DNA of 64,000 bases from an uncultured Ruficoccus sp. (lineage in GTDB: Bacteria > Verrucomicrobiota > Verrucomicrobiia > Opitutales > Cerasicoccaceae): assembly GCA_965140785.1 (NCBI GenBank), contig OZ223481.1:608001-672000 (forward strand), in the 5' to 3' direction. Positions 1 to 9,848 of the stretch are shown piece after piece (the first letter of the stretch is position 1; each line of letters opens with the position of its first letter). The notes beneath the pieces are model-generated. The model was not told where the DNA came from and ran no database searches. It saw nothing but the letters and a program-made list of their open reading frames with translations. A program made the translations under genes and the position numbers.

Positions 1-168
1 GGAGGACGTCCGTCTGCGGGTGCCGGGGGAGGTTCCTGGTACAAGTTCGCTTTCAGGCACGACGGCGTTTGCCATGTGCTGATGCTCGACGGGCATGTCG
101 AATCTATCGAGGAAATCGGAAACGGCAAAGCGGACAATTACCCCCAGTTTAACTGGGGGGCGGAATAA
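1..168 (+). CDS. 3' end of a prepilin-type/H-X9-DG motif protein (partial)
   Basis: Frame 1 reads ...KFAFRHDGVCHVLMLDGHVESIEE...NWGAE*, containing the H-X9-DG motif typical of PVC prepilin-like proteins; stop at 166-168. Confidence 0.75.
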   Translation, partial: GGRPSAGAGGGSWYKFAFRHDGVCHVLMLDGHVESIEEIGNGKADNYPQFNWGAE

Positions 169-276
169 TCACATAGGGATGTCAGCATTGGGACATGGAT
201 CGCGTCCACGAAGACTGAACAGGCCCTAGTCTGGGCACATCGCAAGGATTCAGAAGGTGAAGACCAAGCAATGCTC

Positions 277-446
277 GACCTAAAAAGTCACTAGGATTTT
301 TGTCCAGTTGAGGCTATTCAGGGCAAATTCAGGGAATGCTTAAAAATCGAAAAATATCGATTAAATGCCTGATATGCAGAGGTTTACGCCTAAAATAGCA
401 TGGTGCGAGCGGAGGGAATCGAACCCTCATCTCAGGCTTGGGAAGC
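277..446. repeat. Left att direct repeat (includes displaced 46-bp tRNA-Gly 3' end at 401-446)
   Basis: Matches 27475-27654 with 6 substitutions and one 10-bp indel by eye; 401-446 is identical to 27609-27654. Confidence 0.95.
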
Positions 447-483
447 GGCCGGACACCCGCATTGTTGTGAGGAATTGTCGATT

Positions 484-540
484 AGGTCACTAAAAAGTCA
501 CTAGAATTTTTGACGAGCCTTCTCTCGCGTCTAGTGACTT
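484..540. promoter_or_regulatory. Putative integrase arm-type sites, left arm
   Basis: AGGTCACTAA 484-493, AAGTCACTAG 495-504 and inverted CTAGTGACTT 531-540; the same 10-mer occurs three times at 27466-27502. Confidence 0.65.
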
Positions 541-610
541 TTGCGCATTTTGGGCGCCTCCGAATCCGGGTTCGAATGACGTGATTTCGCGGCAATGCAC
601 ACAGCTTGAA

Positions 611-1087
611 TTACTCCCCCAATTTCTCGCGGATGGCCTTGAGCTTTTGGATGGTCTGCCGGTCTTTCTCCCGGTTCATTGCGCTCTTGGCCTTGATCAG
701 CCCGTCGAAGTCGAGGGTGCGCACGGAACCGAAAACCAGCCGGATCTCCCGGGCGTACTCAAGCACAATATCATAATCGCCGAGCCCCAGAATCGACCCG
801 AGGCAGTCCAGGGCTCCCAGGTCCGTGAGCAGGTAGAGGTTTTTGATGGAATCGGCGGTGAAAGCCTCGCGGTTGAGCGCGGGTTTGTTGGGATGCATCC
901 GGTAGCGGGGATGCAGGTCCTCGATCGCGTCATAGAGTCGGCTTAAATTCTCGTCCCCGAGCCGGACGCAGACATCCAGGTCTTGGGTGAGCAGGTCACT
1001 ACCCAAAATCATGGACGCGTACCCGCCTACGATGATGAACTCAACGCGGTGGTCATGAAACCGCCTCAATAGCGTCAGAAAGTCCAT
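611..1087 (-). CDS. Nucleotidyltransferase-family protein
   Basis: IIVGGYA...TQDLDV motif (GG/DxD) and C-terminal LIKAK...REKD. Confidence 0.8.
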   Translation of the reverse strand: MDFLTLLRRFHDHRVEFIIVGGYASMILGSDLLTQDLDVCVRLGDENLSRLYDAIEDLHPRYRMHPNKPALNREAFTADSIKNLYLLTDLGALDCLGSILGLGDYDIVLEYAREIRLVFGSVRTLDFDGLIKAKSAMNREKDRQTIQKLKAIREKLGE

Positions 1088-1265
1088 GGATTTGCTTCAG
1101 GGCCGCTCTGCGCAAAGCCATAGCCTGGGATATAGCCCGGTCGTGACGGACGCAGCGTTCCTGGTAGGAAAGCTCGAGGTTGGCTTCGATCAGGGACATG
1201 TCGCACCCCTCGTCCTGAGCTTGCTCCCAGGCACTTGTTGATGGCAGGCGATCTTCCCCTTTCAT
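1053..1265 (-). CDS. Small protein upstream of and overlapping the nucleotidyltransferase gene (possible partner/antitoxin)
   Basis: 70 aa, DMSLIEANLELSYQERCVRHD; overlaps the next gene. Confidence 0.6.
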   Translation of the reverse strand: MKGEDRLPSTSAWEQAQDEGCDMSLIEANLELSYQERCVRHDRAISQAMALRRAALKQIHGLSDAIEAVS

Positions 1266-1349
1266 TACTACTTACTCTATACGAACGAGGCCATCAGGCA
1301 AGTTCAACCGCATGACGTATTTACAAAAGAGCGCCCTTGCGTCACTAAT

Positions 1350-1499
1350 ATGGCTACGGAAGCCAGGAAAATCCACGCTCTGAAATCCGAGCACAAGAAA
1401 TTGATAGCCCTTTATGAAGAGCCCACTGAGCGCTCGATCTACCGACACGGCTTCCTGGATGCCCTCGAAGCGGCGGCAATGGTGGATGGGGTGGGGTGA
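1350..1499 (+). CDS. Possible 49-aa protein
   Basis: ATG at 1350 to TGA at 1499, MATEARKIHALKSEHKK...; not in the ORF track; no family recognised. Confidence 0.3.
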   Translation: MATEARKIHALKSEHKKLIALYEEPTERSIYRHGFLDALEAAAMVDGVG

Positions 1500-1635
1500 G
1501 CGTACGCGCTATTTTTCAGGTTAAATGAATTCGTGGGCCCTTTGCATTGCTTGAACTCATATTCGGGGATTGGGTTGAGGCAGAAATCTTTTGATAGACC
1601 GCAGTCGGAGAACGCAATAGAACACAGATATTATC

Positions 1636-4125
1636 ATGCCCCGGAAAGCGACCGCACACAAACCCGCGAAGCCAAAAGGAAAAGCCAAGCAACCTCGTGA
1701 TCTGTTTATTTTAGGCTTTGATGCAGAGTGGGTCCGGGATCGCGAGAACGTGAACGAAAACCGCATCCTGAGTTATCAGTGGTATGTTATCAATGGAAGT
1801 AAACGAGGTGGGGGCCTGTTTCTTACGAGAGAAACGGGTCGCCTGGGTTTCGCAAAGTTCATTTCTCTCAGTCTTGAAGATGCCAAGCAGCAGGCGTTGT
1901 TTAAGCACTACCCTGAGACCGTTATTCTTGTGTCCCACTTTACGCGTGCAGACCTGAGTTCATTCAGTGATTACCATAGTGTACTCAAGAAATCTTTCGA
2001 TAACGTCCGTAAAAGCTATACCAGCTTAGGGACCACCTACAAGGTTACCTTGACGGACAGCAATCGGAACCAACGTAAGATTGACGTCACGCTGAGGGAT
2101 ACGATGCATATCGCTCCCGCCGGAAGTTCGCTGGAAGCGTTGGGTGAATTGCACAAAGTGAAAAAAGTTACCCTGCCGGCGGGTGCTATTGAGCATATGG
2201 ATGAACTTCTGGAGACGAACCCGGAGTTATTCAAACAATATGCTGTCAGGGACGCGGAGATTACGGCCCTACATGCACTGAAGATGGCGGAATCCTCCGA
2301 AAAGATGTTTGGTGAACGTGAAGTACCGATCACCCTGGGCGGGATGGGGGTGAAATATTGTCAGCATTTATGGCGTGCCAATGGGATGACCCCCTTGAGG
2401 GTTCTGGGACAGCACGAGGTCGCTAGGACATTCTTCGATGAGAAAACCCGCCGCCGAAAGAAGGTGAAGGAAATTCAGTTTATTCCTGAAGTGTCAGCGT
2501 CTGAAAACCTTGTCATTGATGCCTATCATGGTGGTCGAAATGAATCCTTTTTCTTTGGGGCGACGCCTGAAGATGATTGGCGGGATATCGATTTGAAAGG
2601 AGCGTATTCGACGGCTATGGCCACGATTCGTCAACCCGTCTGGAAGCGTGTCGAGCACACGACGGACGTTGACCGTTACGATCTCGATACCATGGGGTTT
2701 GCTTACGTTTATTTCGTTTTCCACCAGGAGATGCGATTTCCTGGACTACCTGTGAGGCACGATGGCAGTCTCTTTTTCCCTCGGGAGGGGCGGACCCATG
2801 CAACTGCTTCAGAAATCGCGTTGGCCCGTCTGCAGGGTGCTAGGGTTGAAGTGTTGGATGGAGTTGTCGTACCTTTAGAGCAGGATAACTACCCCATCCG
2901 CGAGATCGTACTGAAGGCAACGCAGTCCCGCAATAACGCGAAAACGACACTTGAGAACAAACTCTATAAGGAGTTGATCAATTCGTTCTACGGGAAATTT
3001 GCGCAGGGGCTAAGGCGTAGCCGTGGGTTGAATACGCGTTCAGGGGAGATTGAGGATTTGCCGCCGTCGAAAATTACGCAGGCATATTTTGCGGCGCATA
3101 TCACCGGACTTGTACGAGCGGTTCTTAGTGAGATCATGAACCGCATTCCTGAGAAATACGATGTAATCAGCGTGACGACGGACGGCTTCATTACCAACGC
3201 GCCTGAAGAGGTGACGGCGGAAGCCTCTCAAGGACCTATTAGCGCAATTTTCAAGCAAGCTCGCGGGATATTGACGGGTAGCGACGATAGCATCTTGGAA
3301 GAGAAACATCGCGTTCGGCAGGTTCTCTCGTGGGCAACAAGGGGGCAGGCAACGCTTAAATCGGCTGATGGGGGAAAGGCCATTTTAGCTAAAGCAGGAA
3401 TTCAGGCTCCGAGAGAGTTGAGCGCGGAAGGCCAGAACCAATGGGTCGTGGACCTGTTCAAGAACCGTGACGAGAATAGTAAGCTGGAGATAACGCAACT
3501 CAAAGGAATGAGTGCTATGTACCATGAGGAGTCCGGTGGGTTGGTCGATTTGCATAAAACCCGCTCGTTGCAGATGGATTTTGATTTTAAGCGTCAAGTT
3601 AATCATCATAAAAAGGGGATGCGAGCCGTTGATGGGATGGATCATGTATGGTTTAAAACATACCCTTGGCAATGCATAGACGACTGCGTTCGTGCCCGGA
3701 ATACGATTCAGCGTTTCCGTAGCGAGGAGAAGCGATGTCTAAAAACGCTTGATGATCTGTATCATTTCCAGCGATGCTACGAAGCGACCGCACTTCCTGG
3801 AGGATTCAACCGTACACGAGGCGGCGGGACGGTTGATGATGCCGTTCGTGTCCTTATACGCGCGATGGTTCAGGACAAGTGGAACTTGAGCTTAAAGGGT
3901 AGAACCCACACGGAGTGGTGTGAGTGGTTTGGACAGCATGGTTATTCGGTATCCATCGATCAGTTTAAGAAAGCATCGGCCAATCCTGTCATTTCCAATG
4001 CAATAGAGCTGGGGGCTGAGGTGTCTAAACTGATCGATCTAATAAAATCAGAATTCCCTGAGTTCGATCATAACATCCTCCTTACGATGCGCCCGAAGAG
4101 TGAGGATTCGTCTGATGAGGAATGA
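1636..4125 (+). CDS. Family B DNA polymerase, primer-independent piPolB-like
   Basis: ExoI GFDAEW, ExoII HFTRADL, ExoIII YAVRDA, YHGGRNE, motif A DLKGAYST, motif B KELINSFYGKFAQ, motif C SVTTDGF (TTD rather than DTD), EKH...WATRG; 829 aa. Confidence 0.9.
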   Translation: MPRKATAHKPAKPKGKAKQPRDLFILGFDAEWVRDRENVNENRILSYQWYVINGSKRGGGLFLTRETGRLGFAKFISLSLEDAKQQALFKHYPETVILVSHFTRADLSSFSDYHSVLKKSFDNVRKSYTSLGTTYKVTLTDSNRNQRKIDVTLRDTMHIAPAGSSLEALGELHKVKKVTLPAGAIEHMDELLETNPELFKQYAVRDAEITALHALKMAESSEKMFGEREVPITLGGMGVKYCQHLWRANGMTPLRVLGQHEVARTFFDEKTRRRKKVKEIQFIPEVSASENLVIDAYHGGRNESFFFGATPEDDWRDIDLKGAYSTAMATIRQPVWKRVEHTTDVDRYDLDTMGFAYVYFVFHQEMRFPGLPVRHDGSLFFPREGRTHATASEIALARLQGARVEVLDGVVVPLEQDNYPIREIVLKATQSRNNAKTTLENKLYKELINSFYGKFAQGLRRSRGLNTRSGEIEDLPPSKITQAYFAAHITGLVRAVLSEIMNRIPEKYDVISVTTDGFITNAPEEVTAEASQGPISAIFKQARGILTGSDDSILEEKHRVRQVLSWATRGQATLKSADGGKAILAKAGIQAPRELSAEGQNQWVVDLFKNRDENSKLEITQLKGMSAMYHEESGGLVDLHKTRSLQMDFDFKRQVNHHKKGMRAVDGMDHVWFKTYPWQCIDDCVRARNTIQRFRSEEKRCLKTLDDLYHFQRCYEATALPGGFNRTRGGGTVDDAVRVLIRAMVQDKWNLSLKGRTHTEWCEWFGQHGYSVSIDQFKKASANPVISNAIELGAEVSKLIDLIKSEFPEFDHNILLTMRPKSEDSSDEE

Positions 4126-4151
4126 GAAACAGGTAACGTTTGGACCCTCAA

Positions 4152-4269
4152 AAACTACGAAAATCGGACGTTTTTCGTAGTTTATTTGCGTCGATTGTTG
4201 TTTGTAAGTACTTGCTTATAAGTATATAATGGAATAGGTTCCGTAACCGGGTATGGGTATACCCGAACC
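4152..4269. repeat. Hairpin + 19-mer module, copy 1
   Basis: AAACTACGAAAA-tcggacgt-TTTTCGTAGTTT (4152-4183), then CGTAACCGGGTATGGGTAT (4242-4260); recurs at 23131-23240. Confidence 0.85.
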
Positions 4270-4370
4270 ATGTTAGCGCACCAGCCTCCCTCGCATAGTT
4301 TCTAGACGCATTAGGCTAGTTCCAGTTCTTGCTGATGTTGTAGGCGATGACACTCAGAACCCTTGTGCGT

Positions 4371-5006
4371 TTACCTGAAATTCCGCTCTGCCATTTTGGG
4401 TACGAGCACCACCGAAAATGCTTTGCTGACAAATATTCTTAGATGGTAACCCTTTTGGACGGATGAGTACTCCCAGTAGGAAGGGATTCGTTTGTTGGTA
4501 AAGTAGTCCGTCCTGTACTTTACGTTTAGCTCAGGGATACCGTAGGAGCTCATGAATAATTTCGCGAAATCACGTCCTGTGAGGTCTGCTACTTTAAAGA
4601 GGTGGTTGACGCCTTCCTCGGTAAGCATGAAACCGATAACAACATTTTCGTAAACATAGACTGCGCCGTAATTTACCCCGTTTACTTCAAATTGGTTAAT
4701 GATCTGTGGACTATGCCCGATGGGAAAGACGAAATCCGGTGGAATATCCTGTTTCAAATACTTGATGTTCCCCTCGACAACTTGATTCAGTTGGCTGGTA
4801 AACTCTCTTGCCGCCATGCCGGGGTATAGCCCGTGGACGATCAAGCCTGCGCTATACTCGGGTACATAAAAGCGAGAGTCAGGTATGGATTGCCTGGTCC
4901 CTCCTTCATCGGGATTTTCCGTTTGAGCCGTGGCAACGGATACAACATTCATGATGCCGATAAGCAGGGCGAGGTGCAGGGTTACATTAGGCAGTAGGTT
5001 TTTCAT
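4371..5006 (-). CDS. Hypothetical exported protein
   Basis: 211-aa ORF with signal-peptide-like N-terminus (…VSVATA|Q); overlaps the upstream gene. Confidence 0.7.
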   Translation of the reverse strand: MKNLLPNVTLHLALLIGIMNVVSVATAQTENPDEGGTRQSIPDSRFYVPEYSAGLIVHGLYPGMAAREFTSQLNQVVEGNIKYLKQDIPPDFVFPIGHSPQIINQFEVNGVNYGAVYVYENVVIGFMLTEEGVNHLFKVADLTGRDFAKLFMSSYGIPELNVKYRTDYFTNKRIPSYWEYSSVQKGYHLRIFVSKAFSVVLVPKMAERNFR

Positions 5007-5458
5007 TTTGTGGGCTTTATTTTGATTAAATCGTGTATGTCAGGCTGCCTATGGATGCGGACCGCTAACACGGTGATTGGCAGCCGAAAGCTCTCCGTAA
5101 CCTGTTCCAGGCGCAGCAGGTATTTTTCGTCGGAGGGACTTTCGATAATCAGGATGATGACCGCCTGGTTCCCTGACTCCGCCGCGTAGTTCAGGCTTTG
5201 TCCAATGGCCTCGGCCCACTTGTCCGCGAACTCCACCTCGATCGCGTACTTATCTGTCAGGATGTCGCAGCGGGTTCCGTTGGGAAGAACGACTTCGGTA
5301 TGACCATCCAGAACGCCCGCCGCCTGCTCCTGATAGTAAGACTCGGGATTTTTACGTGCCGCTTCCAGGGATGTGACTGCCAGCAGAAGGGGAAGGAGGT
5401 ACCTCAGCCGCAGGTACTGGAACAAGCGCTCTGGCGGTATTTTAAAGCCGTTTCGCAT
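5003..5458 (-). CDS. Hypothetical protein with PD-(D/E)XK-like motifs and a hydrophobic N-terminus
   Basis: E..LPNGTRCDILT..YAIEVEFADKWAEAIGQSLNYA; N-terminal LRYLLPLLLAVTSLEA. Confidence 0.65.
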   Translation of the reverse strand: MRNGFKIPPERLFQYLRLRYLLPLLLAVTSLEAARKNPESYYQEQAAGVLDGHTEVVLPNGTRCDILTDKYAIEVEFADKWAEAIGQSLNYAAESGNQAVIILIIESPSDEKYLLRLEQVTESFRLPITVLAVRIHRQPDIHDLIKIKPTK

Positions 5459-5697
5459 GTTTAAAGTCGATTCGCATGTCTTGCGGGCCGGGTCAGTGGA
5501 GCGGGGATCTACCTTGCGGGTGTAGCCGGTTGAGCGGTTCGAGGTCGTGGTGGCAGATTTTCGGATGGTGTGCGGTTATGGAGGCGTGATCCGGGCATGA
5601 ATGCACAATCACCTCATGATCATGGGGTCTGTGTGTCAATTAAAAACCTTACGTTCATGGGGTGTCCTGCCGAACCCTGCGCTCGTATGGTGGTCGG

Positions 5698-5971
5698 GTG
5701 AATAATTCTCTGACGGAACTGGGCGATCGCCTGCGGGCATTACGGGCCAAACACGGCCTCACGCAGGAGGAATTTGCCCAACTGGCTGGCATCGGCTACA
5801 AGTTCTACCAGCAGATCGAGGGAGCGCGTAAAAAGGAGATCTGGCTCTCGACCGTCGAACGTCTCGCCGCCCCCTACGGCCTGCGCGCCTGGCAACTCCT
5901 GGCTCCCTGACATGCCCGAAGATTCCAAGCTGACCCGCAAAGTCCCCAGCAGCCGGGTGCATCGGGGGTAG
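5698..5971 (+). CDS. XRE-family HTH regulator (apparent frameshift near 5905)
   Basis: LRALRAKHGLTQEEFAQLAGIGYKFYQQIE; frame stops at 5910 and plausibly continues as PDMPEDSK...RG* to 5971. Confidence 0.7.
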
Positions 5972-6138
5972 GCTAAATCAAACGCGAAATTCGAGAGGGA
6001 GGTTGATACGAAATCCCTCAACCTCTTCGGTCTGCCCGGACGAATAGTCTAGATCATGCTGAATTCGGTACTTCGAATAAGTTTTGAACTATCAATATAT
6101 ATCTTGCAGATGCTATGTTATCACCCTGTAATACAGTG

Positions 6139-6290
6139 ATGCCTATTACTGAAAGCTTACCGGATCTCGTTAAGTCCGTGCGAAAACAGCTAGGACTGAG
6201 TCAAGAAGGCCTGGCGAGGGAGATTGGTGTCAGTTTTTCAAGCATTAGCCGGTGGGAAAGCGGCAAAACGGCACCCATGCCCCTGCAACG
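6139..6290 (+). pseudogene. XRE-family HTH protein, apparently truncated
   Basis: LVKSVRKQLGLSQEGLAREIGVSFSSISRWESGKTAP, then unrelated sequence. Confidence 0.6.
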
Positions 6291-6371
6291 GAGACAGTCT
6301 AAAGGAACGCCTGGGGGAGGAGGCGAGGGTCCGGATTGCGGCGACCACGTTTTCGATCTATGCCTTCGAGG

Positions 6372-6479
6372 CTCTTTGAGAATGCGATTTTCCTCCAACA
6401 GGTAGTCGATGACTGTCTGCTGTTTACGCCCCTGACCACTCGGCCAGCCCAGTAGAAATGTCAGTAGAGCTGTAAATTG
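6372..6479 (-). pseudogene. N-terminal fragment of an integrase-core (rve) transposase
   Basis: LLTFLLGW...KQQTVIDYLLEENRILKE resembles the W.NRQQQ.VIDYL.EENR.L N-terminus of PVC rve transposases. Confidence 0.55.
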
Positions 6480-6877
6480 TGTATCCAAAGTAACGTATTC
6501 TGTTTTTCTGCAATTAGTTATCAAACATAGGTTCTCTATCTGAGGATCATGAGGTTGTATGGGGCAGAATCGAAATTGTCGTAATTATCAAACCTTTCTA
6601 CGCTTTGATTCCCATCCTTGGATCTTCAATGACAAGGTTTATGACGGATTACTGATCGACAGTTTTGTAGTCATAGCTTCTGTCTGTCGTTTTTTTTTGC
6701 GAGTCGTCGAGGGTAGAGAATATGCAACACTCTTAGTCGTTGTTTTTAGTCGCAACGTTCTTGTATTCATTGATTTGAATTGGTTCAGATTTAAAACACT
6801 TTCCAGTCCTGAGCTACTTTTGTATATTTTCACAATCAACTTCCGTTTATGTATTGTTTAACCTCATCACAAATATC

Positions 6878-7909
6878 ATGAGAATCTCTATGCCTTACTC
6901 GTATAAAATATTGTCTAGCCGTAGCCGAATGGTCTTAGTCACGGCTTTCTTTGCTTTTTCTGCGTTCTCTGTTAAGCTTGATGCGGCATTGCTGGCCTAT
7001 GAATCTTTTGATTATGGCCAGAGTAGCAGTAATCTTAACCTAGTTTCCGAGAGTCAGCGTCAAACCGGACTGGGCGGGACGTGGAATTCAGTTCCCGGAT
7101 ACAACATTCCTTGGTACAATGCCGGATCGAGTCTTTCGTTTGGCTCCCTGCAGACATTTGGCGGTCACATCGCTCAGTCGACCAGTACGGCTAACGGGCG
7201 GGCAAAGGTTCCGCTGGGCGTCGATACAAAAGGGACGACCGGAACTATATACCTGAGCTATCTGTTCCGCGCCGAGCCCTACGGCGGGGCAGAGTATAAT
7301 CCAGGGGTTGCGGCCTATGTCTCGCTCAATTCCTCCTCGTTCTTTGGCTCTTCGCAGGCCATATCGGATACAAGCGGCGTGCTTACTACGGATGCCCGAT
7401 ACAGCAATATCATTGCCTCCAGCGGATTGTATGGGGCCTCGAATGCAGATTTAAGAGCGCTGCAGGCATCTACAACCTACATGGTTATTACCGAATTTAC
7501 AAACGTTGGGTTGCCGCTTACCGGAGGCAACCCGGGGGTTGCAACGATGTGGGTGCTTACTTCTGCGCAGTACGACTACTTCATAACTAGTGGAGCCACG
7601 ACAGAGGCGCTGAATGCGGCGTCTATCGGCAGCGATGCCGACTCTGTCTTCTCTCGCGGTAGCGCACCCAAGTCCAGCGGTACCTGGACTCTGGCCGAGG
7701 ATGCATCCCTGACTGTTTATATGCATCCTTCTGTAGACAATTACTCAGCCTCTGTCGGTGCATACTTCCGCATGGATGAGATCCGGCTTGCGACAACGTT
7801 ATCCGATGCATTAACCGGTACGGTTGTTATTCCGGAGCCATCGGCCGTCGCGTTTGGAATCGGAGTCATTGCTCTAGTTGCGGCTGTTATGCGCCGCCGC
7901 CGCTCCTGA
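6878..7909 (+). CDS. PEP-CTERM surface protein
   Basis: Signal peptide, ALLAYESFDY start of mature chain, C-terminal IPEPS-TM-RRRR. Confidence 0.92.
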   Translation: MRISMPYSYKILSSRSRMVLVTAFFAFSAFSVKLDAALLAYESFDYGQSSSNLNLVSESQRQTGLGGTWNSVPGYNIPWYNAGSSLSFGSLQTFGGHIAQSTSTANGRAKVPLGVDTKGTTGTIYLSYLFRAEPYGGAEYNPGVAAYVSLNSSSFFGSSQAISDTSGVLTTDARYSNIIASSGLYGASNADLRALQASTTYMVITEFTNVGLPLTGGNPGVATMWVLTSAQYDYFITSGATTEALNAASIGSDADSVFSRGSAPKSSGTWTLAEDASLTVYMHPSVDNYSASVGAYFRMDEIRLATTLSDALTGTVVIPEPSAVAFGIGVIALVAAVMRRRRS

Positions 7910-8007
7910 TCTTCATCCGATTATTATGTACACAGATTTCCGGCCAGACTTGTCTGTGCTGGCCGGGAATCATTTATCTTCCCCGTCTGATTTGAAAAAA
8001 TACGATC

Positions 8008-8733
8008 ATGGAAAAGCCTTTAGTGATTCAGGACGGATCTCGTTGTCGTGGTCGGCATGGTTTTACTCAGACCGAATTACTCGCCGCAATCGCAATCATT
8101 CTGGTGCTGGCGGCCATCATTATCCCCGTTGTGGGCATGGTGCGCGAGGGAGCGACGGTTGTTCAATGCCAGTCAAACCTGCGGCAGATCTATACTGCAT
8201 TGATGATATTCACCGTAGAGAACGATGACTATCTGCCTCCCGGTCCGAACTGGCCGAAGGGACTAACCTACACTCAGTACGGCGGGTATTCGGCAAGCAA
8301 CTACTCGCAGATGGCATCGCATCTGGCCCCCTATATGGGCAAGGAGGTATTGACTGGTGACCGCATTGACACGACCTGGTTTTGCCCTGGGCAGTCCAAG
8401 GGTCCTTCCACCTTTTTTGAGTTTGCAAACTGTCGCTGCTATGCGATTCCGTATTTCGGGAGCTACAGCAATTATCCGTTTGGTAATATTCATCAGGGGG
8501 GCATGAAGTCTTCGAGAATGAATGACTATCTGGGGGACAGACTACCCAGTGTTGCGTGGGTGTTGCGTGATATTGACCGCAGTGTTTCCCGCTATGATGT
8601 TCCCGATGTCACCCCGTCGCGCAGTCACAGAAATGGGCACAACTTCCTTTATTTCGACGGATCTGTACGTCTGCTTACGGATCAGGAGCAGGCTGAAAGG
8701 CTTGTCGAGATCGAAAGCGGAAGAAGACCCTGA
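8008..8733 (+). CDS. Prepilin-type N-terminal cleavage / H-X9-DG domain protein
   Basis: GFTQTELLAAIAIILVLAAII, CQSNLRQI, C-terminal HRNGHNFLYFDGSV. Confidence 0.88.
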   Translation: MEKPLVIQDGSRCRGRHGFTQTELLAAIAIILVLAAIIIPVVGMVREGATVVQCQSNLRQIYTALMIFTVENDDYLPPGPNWPKGLTYTQYGGYSASNYSQMASHLAPYMGKEVLTGDRIDTTWFCPGQSKGPSTFFEFANCRCYAIPYFGSYSNYPFGNIHQGGMKSSRMNDYLGDRLPSVAWVLRDIDRSVSRYDVPDVTPSRSHRNGHNFLYFDGSVRLLTDQEQAERLVEIESGRRP

Positions 8734-8805
8734 TAGGTGTAGTGTATGATCTGATAGATATCGGAGTAACGATATTCTATGTTCTAATTAAAATTATTTT
8801 ATATC

Positions 8806-9837
8806 ATGTCTATAAGTCAAACAGCGATAAGCTACTATGGTCTTAGTTATGTTGAACACGCAGAGCGGGATTTTCGCGAGATGGCCGGACATGGCTGCTC
8901 AACGGTGATTCTTGCTGTTACCGAGTTCGATTTTGATTTCTGGAGGCCGAACATCGGTAAGATTGTTGATCAAGCTCATGAACTCGGGTTGAGGGTTCTG
9001 CTGGATCCGTGGGGGATCGGCAAGTTCTTTGGCGGAGAGCAGGTCAGCCTATTCCTGCAAAACAATATTGAAAACCGTCAGGTTTCGGCCCTCACCGGAG
9101 AGAAACTTCCGTATGCCTGCTTTAATACTCAAGCATTTCGTGATTATTTTCAGAATATCTGCCTCACGCTTGCCCGCGAAACAGATGCGGACGGATTTTT
9201 CTGGGATGAACCGCACTACGCGTTCCCTAAGTCCTATGCATCGATTACGGGCGGGGCAGGGGATGACTGGAGCTGTCGCTGCCCTGTGTGCATGGCGAAG
9301 TTCAAGACGTACTATGGTTATGAAATGCCGCGCCTGATGAATGATGATGTGAAGCAGTTTCGCTGGCGTGAAGCGCTGTTTATTTTGGAGGATACCTCGC
9401 GGAAGCTCAAGGAACTCAAGCCGCAACTGGAGATAACCTGCTGCGTACATGCCACGCTCAACAGCTACTACGTAACCGAGCATCGCGGCTACGATAACTG
9501 GGACATGGTGGCAGCATCGCCTTATTTTGACGTGTTCTCAACGACAATCATCAATTGGGATCTGCCGCATTCCTTCTTTGAGCACATCACACGCCGGACA
9601 GTTGAGATTGCTCGGAAACATGGGAAAAAGTCGGAGCGCTGGCTGATGGGCTATTACAAGCAGCCTGCCGATTTTTCTGATCTGGATAAGGTTGTCGATC
9701 TCTATGTTGATCTCGGCGTCGATCGCCTGGCCACATGGACGTACCGTGGAGGATACGGCACCGTTCTTGCCGCTCCGGACGCGATCAAGCTGTGGGATAA
9801 GATTGGCGAAAACTATAACCGTGTTCTTGTTAAATAA
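8806..9837 (+). CDS. Glycoside-hydrolase-like TIM-barrel protein
   Basis: DGFFWDEPH, CRCPVC Cys cluster; position in a sugar locus. Confidence 0.7.
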   Translation: MSISQTAISYYGLSYVEHAERDFREMAGHGCSTVILAVTEFDFDFWRPNIGKIVDQAHELGLRVLLDPWGIGKFFGGEQVSLFLQNNIENRQVSALTGEKLPYACFNTQAFRDYFQNICLTLARETDADGFFWDEPHYAFPKSYASITGGAGDDWSCRCPVCMAKFKTYYGYEMPRLMNDDVKQFRWREALFILEDTSRKLKELKPQLEITCCVHATLNSYYVTEHRGYDNWDMVAASPYFDVFSTTIINWDLPHSFFEHITRRTVEIARKHGKKSERWLMGYYKQPADFSDLDKVVDLYVDLGVDRLATWTYRGGYGTVLAAPDAIKLWDKIGENYNRVLVK

Positions 9838-9848
9838 ATTTTATTGTT

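Noticed and set aside
401..446. Second tRNA-Gly gene
   Set aside because: Only the 3' 46 nt are present; the D-arm and 5' acceptor strand are missing
4152..4183. Hairpin after PolB as a plain terminator
   Set aside because: The stem is AT-rich, and it recurs upstream of another gene with a linked 19-mer at the same spacing; termination alone does not explain this, though it may also terminate
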